In this document: positions 57,525 through 64,000 of the stretch, piece after piece
How positions within the stretch are numbered: position 1 is the first letter of the stretch
How the letters are laid out: the number at the start of each line of letters is the position of its first letter
The notes under the pieces: model-generated
What the model was told of the DNA's origin: nothing
Seen by the model: the letters and a program-made list of their open reading frames with translations, nothing else
Database searches by the model: none
Translations under genes and position numbers: made by a program
Source of the DNA: an uncultured Verrucomicrobiae bacterium
Lineage (GTDB): Bacteria; Verrucomicrobiota; Verrucomicrobiia; Chthoniobacterales; JAFAMB01
Assembly: GCA_963762565.1 (NCBI GenBank)
Contig: CAVXLD010000012.1
Location: 416,001-480,000 of the forward strand
Reading direction: 5' to 3'
DNA length: 64,000 nt

Positions 57525-57650
57525 ATGACTAGACCAAAACTGTACCATTCAGAAAGCGAACGCATAAGACTTCTCCTCATCTCGCGCTCAATCCATTCCG
57601 TCCTTTTAGGAGCGGTAGCGGTTATACTCGCGATCGGAGATCAGTGTTAG
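57525..57650 (+). CDS. Possible 41 aa small protein
   Basis: AAGAAGG upstream; MTRPKLYHSESERIRLLLISRSIHSVLLGAVAVILAIGDQC with hydrophobic C-terminus; AT-rich upstream DNA. Confidence 0.25.
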   Translation: MTRPKLYHSESERIRLLLISRSIHSVLLGAVAVILAIGDQC

Positions 57651-57842
57651 TTGAAGAATGACGTAACCGTCAATCTAAATTCGTGGGGATTTAACAGAAG
57701 ATCGCAAACGCCACAAAGACAGGATTACCGGTAGGCCTCTTTGCGATCCTTGTGACCTTCGTGGATGTGGTTCTTAAGAGGTTGGCGGGTAGGGGAAACG
57801 GCGTGTCGGCGTATCGGCGTGTGGGGGAACGAAGTCCAGAGC

Positions 57843-58210
57843 TGGTGGGGCGAGGCTCCGGAACGGCCGATTGTTGTTAACAATCCCCCGGCGGATTCTG
57901 GTGACATCGTGGGCGAGGCCTATTCGCGGCCGAGCCGGGCCCAGCGCTATGCAGCGGAATCGCGTCCTGGACTAGTCGATCGTGTTTTGGGGTGGCTCAC
58001 CGTGGGATCGGCTCGGCCGCCCATCGGCCTAATCCGTGACAATCGCGGGCAACGCGAGGCGCCCTGTGAAACCTTCGAGTCCAGTCCGGAGCCTCGCCCC
58101 ACCAACGTTGGGCTTCGTTCGCCGTTTCGCCCAATCGCCGGTGCGCCCTTTCGCCCTTTCGCCCACACGCCCACACGCCCACACGCCCACACGCCCACAC
58201 GCCCACACGC
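57843..58210. repeat. Family C element (57843-58104) followed by octamer runs including (CGCCCACA)6
   Basis: TGGTGGGGCGAGGCTCCGGA ... GCCGAGCCG ... CGGCTCGGC ... TCCGGAGCCTCGCCCCACCA. Confidence 0.9.
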
Positions 58211-58215
58211 CACCC

Positions 58216-58704
58216 CTACCGTTCCGGATATTCTTTTACAAAATCGCTGCTGCTCGACTCGTTAAATGCCACTAGAACCGGCTTGATGCCGGAATCGGAA
58301 GCTGGCTGGGTCGACCATGAACCGTTCCCAGTAAAAGCCAGGTCCCACTCGGCATAGACAGTTCCGGTCACACTACCGTCACCACTCTCATCAATTAAGG
58401 TTAGCCAGCCAACGCAATGGACATCCAAGGTGCCCTGATGCGAACGCGTCACCTTGATGTAGGTAATCACGAAATCGAGCGGATGAGTTGGCTGCGAGCG
58501 AGCTCTCTCCCACGATTTAACCGTGTTGGCTGGTACTGCTGTATAAACTGGTTCAACCCCGAAATAGCAGACGCTGAAAACGTCGTACACCAGTGGTTGT
58601 AACTGCCTTTCCAAAGGCGGTAACCGATCCAGGTTATAAGCGATATCACCCTTAGCTAATAGCGGTGCGAGGACCGCCGCAACAACGATAAACAATCTCA
58701 CCAT
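58216..58704 (-). CDS. Hypothetical secreted protein
   Basis: Purine-rich RBS (GAGGAAAGGGG); signal peptide MVRLFIVVAAVLAPLLAKG. Confidence 0.65.
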   Translation of the reverse strand: MVRLFIVVAAVLAPLLAKGDIAYNLDRLPPLERQLQPLVYDVFSVCYFGVEPVYTAVPANTVKSWERARSQPTHPLDFVITYIKVTRSHQGTLDVHCVGWLTLIDESGDGSVTGTVYAEWDLAFTGNGSWSTQPASDSGIKPVLVAFNESSSSDFVKEYPER

Positions 58705-59075
58705 ATTCCCCTTTCCCTCTTTTCATTCTCTTCTCACCAATCACCAATCACGGCGAGCGGGGGAACACGTACGCTGCTATGCAATGATGAACGGCACATC
58801 AATCCCTTCCGAATCTCCTGTCGATCTTGTGCAGCTAAGAGATGGCGCCTGACGGAGGGAGACCCCTTTTCTACACCGAGCTGCGACTCTGCGAATGCGA
58901 GCGGCGTTGCTAACTTCTTACTGCAATAAAACTTAAAATAAATTGACCCAGCTAACCCAACCCTTAACATCCCATCACTTCCCTCTCTTCCGGCAGCCAA
59001 ACTGCCCGTTTTAAAACGCGTAACCGTCTATTCCTTTTCCGCGATTGTCAAGACCCCGGGGCGAAGCCCCAATCC

Positions 59076-59236
59076 GGGAGGGCGCGCTGCCTGTCCGCCA
59101 TAGCTTTAGCGACGGAGGACCCCCGCGCGCCGCGAGGGCGTGCCATAACGTAAAGATGCATTCTCGTCCGCGACTACAACACATGCTCGCCTTCGTTAAC
59201 AATCCGATGGCTGCCGGACGGGGACGCGATCCCTCC
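59076..59236. repeat. Family B REP doublet with the 32 bp cassette E (59088-59119)
   Basis: Cassette identical to that at 44478-44509. Confidence 0.9.
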
Positions 59237-59311
59237 GTTATTTGCAACCCCGATCGACCTCGCTTCAGTCTTTATTACGCCGTGGAATCTGTTTAATAAT
59301 TCGGCAGCGAT

Positions 59312-59662
59312 ATGGTGCAGCCGGTTACAACAGGCAACGCGATGATAAGCGGCTCTCAACGACGATGGAAACGAATTGCCTGTTATTTACCGCTGACGGC
59401 GCTCGCGTTAGAGCTCGTTTGGATCTTCCTACTTTTCATGGCCCTGATTTTCTCGGTCGGAGATACACCCTACGTAAATACCCCCGACAAATCGCGTTTC
59501 TGGGGGTTGCTTTCGGCAGGACCGGCAGCAGTCGGCGTTCTGTTGGGGTTGGTAGTACTCCTGTTGCGCTTCCCAGCTAAGACCGTGGATTGGGTCTTCC
59601 TCTTCCTCGGCATCGCAGGATGCGCCGGCCTCCTCTTCATCTGTACCAACGGAATCTGGTAG
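59312..59662 (+). CDS. Hypothetical membrane protein (3 TM)
   Basis: Three long hydrophobic segments; start may be 59342. Confidence 0.6.
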   Translation: MVQPVTTGNAMISGSQRRWKRIACYLPLTALALELVWIFLLFMALIFSVGDTPYVNTPDKSRFWGLLSAGPAAVGVLLGLVVLLLRFPAKTVDWVFLFLGIAGCAGLLFICTNGIW

Positions 59663-59670
59663 AAACCAAT

Positions 59671-59788
59671 CGTCCTCGTCCTTCCGACTTTGCCAACGTC
59701 CCGGTTGTGGAGCGCGCCTCGCTTGCGAGGCCGACTTCGAGCGGTTGGCAACATAGAGCATAGGCTTCGTCGGACAGGCTGTCCTCGA
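59671..59788 (-). repeat. Composite nested repeat (F site + cassette E + REP D)
   Basis: Reverse complement TCGAGGAC-AGCCTGTCCGACGAAGCC...GGCCTCGCAAGCGAGGCGCGCTCCAC...GGCAAAGTCGGA-AGGACGAGGACG. Confidence 0.88.
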
Positions 59789-59810
59789 TGCGGCACTCCA
59801 TCACGCCGAT

Positions 59811-59970
59811 ACGCCGAACGCCAAACGCCAAACGCCGAACGCCAAACGCCGAACGCCAAACGCCGAACGCCAAACGCCGAACGCCAAACGCCGAACGCCA
59901 AACGCCAAACGCCAAACGCCAAACGCCAAACGCCAAACGCTAAACGCTAAACGCCAAACGCCAAACGCCG
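59811..59970. repeat. Heptamer microsatellite ACGCC(A/G)A, about 23 copies
   Basis: 160 bp continuous run abutting the stop codon at 59971. Confidence 0.97.
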
Positions 59971-60930
59971 TCACGCGAGTACCTTGAGCCGTCGCAACAC
60001 CCGGTTCATCGCGGTGTAGCCGAAATGGCCTTGCGGAACTATTTCGACGTTCTGGAGATTCCAGGTTTCAGCCAAACGCTCTAACGTCTTCAGCGGCACG
60101 ATCCGATCAAATTCTCCTGCTAACAAATGAATACGGTTCGGATCAACGAGCGGCTTTTGGTCGAAGGGACTTGACAGATGCGCATGTTCCCTGGAAATCC
60201 CGGGCCCAATCAGATACCGGCGCAAGCGTGCCCGAATCGTCAGTGCGGCTGGGCTGTTCCAGATTGCTTCCTCGATATCGACGACCGGCTGTAAAAGAGC
60301 GGCAAACTCAAAATCTTCTTCTAGGGATAAGAGAATAGAGCCGATCCAACCACCGTAACTTGTGGCAATCAGCCCAAAACGATCTGCCCCTCGAGTCCTG
60401 CACAGCTCAAGCAACTGGCGTATTTCTATGACCGCTTGGCGAATGGTCTCTGCGTTTCGAATGAGGTCTGACGTGAGCGCTAGCGCCCCATTAACATATC
60501 CCGCCGGGACCCGAGTGTAATGATAGGGAAGCTGGACGAGGATAGCGTTCCAGCCGTTTTGATTGAAGCGGTGCGCGATACGTTGATACCCGAAGTCGCT
60601 CGCTGACATCAACGCGTGCAGAAAGAATACAGCTGGCGCGGACCATCCTTGGCTCGAAAGAAAGATTCGTGCTCTGGCGATGTCGTTTTGGGCGAACCCC
60701 GATTCGATGGGGCTAGACCAGCTTAACATGCCTCCCTTGACGTCGAGTCCTGTGATGAGTTCCCTGGCGTAATACTGTCGCCGGGAAAGGGGGCGGCAGC
60801 GCTCCAAATAATTAACTAATTCGGCTGGTAGATTGGTCCGATCAGGAAGTCGCCACTGAACAAAGTTGATCAAATGACAGCAAGCGCTATCGACGAGAGT
60901 CGCTGCCAAGAGTCGAGCTTTTCTTACCAT
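59971..60930 (-). CDS. Alpha/beta hydrolase fold protein
   Basis: FLHAL, LPYHYTRVP, nucleophile elbow ATSYGG, GEFDRIVP, QGHF. Confidence 0.8.
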   Translation of the reverse strand: MVRKARLLAATLVDSACCHLINFVQWRLPDRTNLPAELVNYLERCRPLSRRQYYARELITGLDVKGGMLSWSSPIESGFAQNDIARARIFLSSQGWSAPAVFFLHALMSASDFGYQRIAHRFNQNGWNAILVQLPYHYTRVPAGYVNGALALTSDLIRNAETIRQAVIEIRQLLELCRTRGADRFGLIATSYGGWIGSILLSLEEDFEFAALLQPVVDIEEAIWNSPAALTIRARLRRYLIGPGISREHAHLSSPFDQKPLVDPNRIHLLAGEFDRIVPLKTLERLAETWNLQNVEIVPQGHFGYTAMNRVLRRLKVLA

Positions 60931-61267
60931 TTTAGTACTTGCCGGCTATCCAGAGAGCCAAAAAGCGGGCTGGACAGGTTCCTACGTATGGGGCAGCCAC
61001 TATGCCCTCAGCCCGTACTAGTAATCAGTAATCAGTAAGCGGTACGCCGGTATCCAGGCAAGAACAGTACTGATTACTGACCAACTTTCCTGACCCCATA
61101 GATCTCATGCTTCCGCGCTTGCCCGACCCCAGATCCTCCTGGCTCCTCTCCTTGAACTCCGCGAACTCCTTGAACTCCTTTTTCCTCCTGAATTCCCTCT
61201 AAATGAGGGAAAAAACGCCGATTCTCTTGAAAAAACGCGGTTCTCTTGTCATAACACACCAATAGCG

Positions 61268-61552
61268 ATGACCAAAACCGAACTCCAAAACGAACTCGCC
61301 ACGGCGACTCAAACCAACAAACGTACGGCTGCCCTGTTCCTAGATACCCTCAGCGGCCTCGCTTATAAAGCCATCAAGAAAGACGGCGAATTCACGCTGC
61401 CGGGCTTCGGGAAACTGGTAAAACAAAAGCGAAAAGCGCGTATTGGTATCAACCCGAAAACCCAGCAGAAGATCAAGATTCCTGCCAAAACCGTCGTTAA
61501 GTTCCGTGTTGCGAAAGCTGCCAAGGACGCAATCCTAGGCGCTAAGAAGTAG
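61268..61552 (+). CDS. hup: DNA-binding protein HU
   Basis: MTKTEL, LPGFGK, RKARIGINPKT, IKIPAK, KFRVAK. Confidence 0.95.
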   Translation: MTKTELQNELATATQTNKRTAALFLDTLSGLAYKAIKKDGEFTLPGFGKLVKQKRKARIGINPKTQQKIKIPAKTVVKFRVAKAAKDAILGAKK

Positions 61553-61596
61553 CGCAGATCTTTTTAGAAGTGCTCTAACTTAGCGGCGCCGGACAA

Positions 61597-61889
61597 GCCT
61601 CGCGCAGAGGACGCAAAGGACGCAACGAAAGGCAACGGGAAGGATAAGGCCTGCGGCCAGCGCCTCTGATCATGGCGCCGCTTACCGGTCCCGGCTTCCG
61701 TCGGGACAGATAGCAAATAGCAAAAGGGGGCCGCTCTGCCGCGCCGTAGGCCTTGCGAAAGAGGGCTATTGAGGATTTTCACCAATCACGAATCACCTTC
61801 GACACGCTAAATGCTCGCTCAGGTCAGGCCTTTCACTTTTCACCTTTCACGTTCTCCCTTAGCGCCCTTTGCGTCCTCTGCGCGAGGCT
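61597..61889. repeat. Family H nested inverted element
   Basis: GCCTCGCGCAGAGGACGCAAAGG ... CCTTTGCGTCCTCTGCGCGAGGC enclosing heptamer runs. Confidence 0.85.
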
Positions 61890-61934
61890 AGTCTAGCGTT
61901 GTTGGCATTGACGGCGCTCCCGGCGTTGCTGGCG

Positions 61935-62369
61935 TTATTCCAGGTACCCCTTGAGCCAACCCAAAACCTGCGGCCATCCCTTGTGGACTTCGCGTGCGGC
62001 TGGCGTTAAGCCGGAGTGAGTCACCCGGACCATGGTGACACCATCGTTTTCGCTCAAATCAAACCGCACAAGAGATTCCGTGGTTTCGCCTTGCCAACTA
62101 GGGTTCCAGGTAAATTCGAGCAACCGTGGGCGGTCAATCCGGGTATACTGGCCGTGGCAGGTAAATTGGTTTCCCCTGGCGACCCCTCGCATAATCCATT
62201 TGCCGCCTACCCGCAGATCGGAATCCATCTCATTAGATTCATAGACGCCTTCGGCGCCCCACCATCGGAGCCGTTCTTCGGGATTCGCAATGGCTTCGAA
62301 AATACGGTCGGCGGATCCTTTAATCGTGATTTCTTCTACAATGGGCTCATCTGTCGTGGTTGGGTTCAT
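61935..62369 (-). CDS. SRPBCC/AHSA1 domain protein
   Basis: RIFEAIANPE..RWWG, DLRVGGKW, LEFTW, VTHSG, GWPQVL. Confidence 0.88.
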   Translation of the reverse strand: MNPTTTDEPIVEEITIKGSADRIFEAIANPEERLRWWGAEGVYESNEMDSDLRVGGKWIMRGVARGNQFTCHGQYTRIDRPRLLEFTWNPSWQGETTESLVRFDLSENDGVTMVRVTHSGLTPAAREVHKGWPQVLGWLKGYLE

Positions 62370-62716
62370 GGCTTTTCCTTTTTCTGATTCGCTGGTTGTT
62401 CAACGTAGCGTTTGAGGTTGCGCAGGCTCTGGCTCCACAACTGCCGATAATCCTCTAGCCAGGTGTTTACCGTTTCGAGCGGTTTCGGATTCAATTCGCA
62501 GATGCTGGCTGTGCCGGCTTTGTAACTAACGACCAAGCCCGCGGTGCGTAGCAACCGCAGATGCTTAGAGATGGCCGGCCGGCTGGTCTGAAAATTTGCC
62601 GCGATCTCACCAACGGTAAGCGGCCCCTGGCGCAGCAGTTCTAAAATCTCTCTACGCGTCGGATCAGCAATAGCCCGGAACACCGCATCATTTCTGCTAG
62701 CTCGAATCGTAACCAT
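62366..62716 (-). CDS. ArsR/SmtB family transcriptional regulator
   Basis: VFRAIADPTRREIL, SRPAISKHLRLL; ATGA overlap with the SRPBCC gene. Confidence 0.92.
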   Translation of the reverse strand: MVTIRASRNDAVFRAIADPTRREILELLRQGPLTVGEIAANFQTSRPAISKHLRLLRTAGLVVSYKAGTASICELNPKPLETVNTWLEDYRQLWSQSLRNLKRYVEQPANQKKEKP

Positions 62717-62756
62717 ACGGTTACTAATACGGTAACCATTCAGTTACAGATGTCAA
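62709..62756 (-). promoter_or_regulatory. Tandem palindromic operators of the ArsR gene plus -35
   Basis: GTAACC-ATAC-GGTTAC (62709-62724) and GTAACC-ATTC-AGTTAC (62732-62747); TTGACA on the minus strand at 62756-62751. Confidence 0.75.
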
Positions 62757-62766
62757 CGACCAGACT

Positions 62767-63052
62767 AGCCTCGCGCAGCGAACGCAAAGGGAAGAAAGTG
62801 AAAGGTGACAGGTGAAACGTGAAAAGTCCAAATACCGCGAAACAGCGCAAAGAGGGAAGCGTGATTAGTGATTAGTGATTTGTGACCGTGATCGGCCCTG
62901 CGCCGAAACAATTTGTCATCTGCCATTTGTCATGAATCCGCTGGCCGCTACCTTCCACCAATCACCAATCACCAATCACCAATCACCAATCACCAATCAC
63001 CTTTCACGTTCTTCCGTCCCCTCTGCGTCCGTTGCGTCCTCTGCGCGAGGCT
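62767..63052. repeat. Family H nested inverted element with several heptamer runs
   Basis: AGCCTCGCGCAG ... CTGCGCGAGGCT enclosing GTGAAAG, GTGATTA, ATTTGTC and CACCAAT runs. Confidence 0.85.
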
Positions 63053-63059
63053 CTATTTT

Positions 63060-63971
63060 TCACCCTGGGAACGGGAACGGTTCTAACACACGCTCGCTGA
63101 GAGCCTTCTTCAAAATGCGTTTCACCTGGCTGCCTTCCGCTTCGGTCAGCGCCAAGCGAGGAGGTCGAGTTAAAGCGAAGCCGGCGCCGACTTCTTCCTG
63201 AACAAACTTAATCGCTTGAACAAATTTAACGATCGTATCCAAACGCAATAACGGTAGAAACCATCGGTACAACTCCCAGATTTCCGGGCCGCTTTGAGTC
63301 GAAGCCAGGCGGAAAAGTTCTACGGATTCTCTCGGGAACGCATTAGCCAATCCTGCAATCCAGCCAATAGCTCCGGCTTGAATTCCTTCCGCGATAAGAT
63401 CATCCACTCCGACGAGCAGATGCAATCGTTCGTCTAGAAGCTCTTTGATCGCGGCGATCCGTCTGACATCGCTCGAAGATTCTTTCACTGCTGCTAACCC
63501 TGGGCAATCCTGTGCAAGTTCTGCAATCTGGGTAGGCAAAAAATCGGTCTTATAAGCGATTGGATTGTTATACAACATGCAAGGTAGAGCGGTTGACTCG
63601 ATAACCGCTCGCAGATGACTTTTCATTTCGGACCAGTCCGACGAATACGCGTAAGGAGGCAGAACCATAAGACCATGGCAACCAATCTTCTCTGCTTCCT
63701 GGGCCAATTTCACCGCCTCGCGAGTTGACAACGCGGCCACTCCGGCTACCACAAAACCCTGCGGCCCGATCGCTTCACAGCTGAGCCTCAAAACCGCCAG
63801 TTTTTCGTCGAAGCTTAGAGTGGCGCCTTCGCCCAAAGAACCCAGTGGCACCACCCCATCACAGCCCGCAGCAACTAACCATCGCAGATGTTTCTTCATC
63901 CAGGTCTGGTTAATTTCTCCATTTGGATCAAATGGAGTCGTGACAGCGGGGATCACACCTTTCCAATCCAT
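63060..63971 (-). CDS. DapA/NanA family lyase (possibly a hydroxyproline-pathway pyrroline deaminase rather than true DapA)
   Basis: GVIPAVTTPF, GSLGE (not GTTGE), YNNP, Schiff-base KESS, GVDD. Confidence 0.85.
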   Translation of the reverse strand: MDWKGVIPAVTTPFDPNGEINQTWMKKHLRWLVAAGCDGVVPLGSLGEGATLSFDEKLAVLRLSCEAIGPQGFVVAGVAALSTREAVKLAQEAEKIGCHGLMVLPPYAYSSDWSEMKSHLRAVIESTALPCMLYNNPIAYKTDFLPTQIAELAQDCPGLAAVKESSSDVRRIAAIKELLDERLHLLVGVDDLIAEGIQAGAIGWIAGLANAFPRESVELFRLASTQSGPEIWELYRWFLPLLRLDTIVKFVQAIKFVQEEVGAGFALTRPPRLALTEAEGSQVKRILKKALSERVLEPFPFPG

Positions 63972-64000
63972 AAGTTCTCAGATCAAAATCGGTTCTATGT

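Noticed and set aside
57324..57650. 108 aa ORF as a real gene
   Set aside because: TTG start, no recognisable motifs, atypical composition; at most the last 41 codons are plausible
59470..59950. ORFs of the type AFGVWRL / RQTPNA
   Set aside because: Translations of the heptamer microsatellite
1..64000. tRNA/rRNA genes, transposase, integrase or RAYT gene
   Set aside because: None recognised by eye or in the ORF track; any enzyme mobilising the repeats must be encoded elsewhere

Overview
A GC-rich bacterial window. Gene content and repeat style suggest a soil Verrucomicrobiota/Chthoniobacterales-like organism, which is an inference and not a database result. Left to right it holds: a form I aerobic CO dehydrogenase operon (coxMSL-coxG-coxD); a divergent EF-G paralog; a carboxylesterase; a frameshifted AraC regulator; a class A beta-lactamase; and a ~20 kb biosynthetic locus. 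That locus has a LolA-like carrier, a LolD/E(MacB)-like ABC transporter, a desaturase, a stand-alone condensation domain and a single-module highly reducing, C-methylating type I PKS. Divergent from it are an AsnB-like amidotransferase, two lipoprotein amidases and a TPR protein. Further right are two Gfo/Idh/MocA oxidoreductases, a class III FBPase, an APH-like kinase, a VapBC-type TA pair, an LLM monooxygenase, an aldo/keto reductase, creD-creB-creC, secreted beta-propeller proteins, a GAF kinase/NarL pair, an alpha/beta hydrolase, HU, ArsR-SRPBCC and a DapA-family gene. Almost every intergenic gap holds structured repeats: several REP/REPIN-like families, a small hairpin cassette nested inside other repeats (empty and filled sites both visible), two tandem REP arrays and many 7-8-mer runs. 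REP-like DNA also appears in frame inside two genes. No tRNA, rRNA, CRISPR-cas or transposase gene was recognised. The two best candidates for an undescribed system are the PKS/C-domain/Lol-like lipid locus and the nested repeat system.
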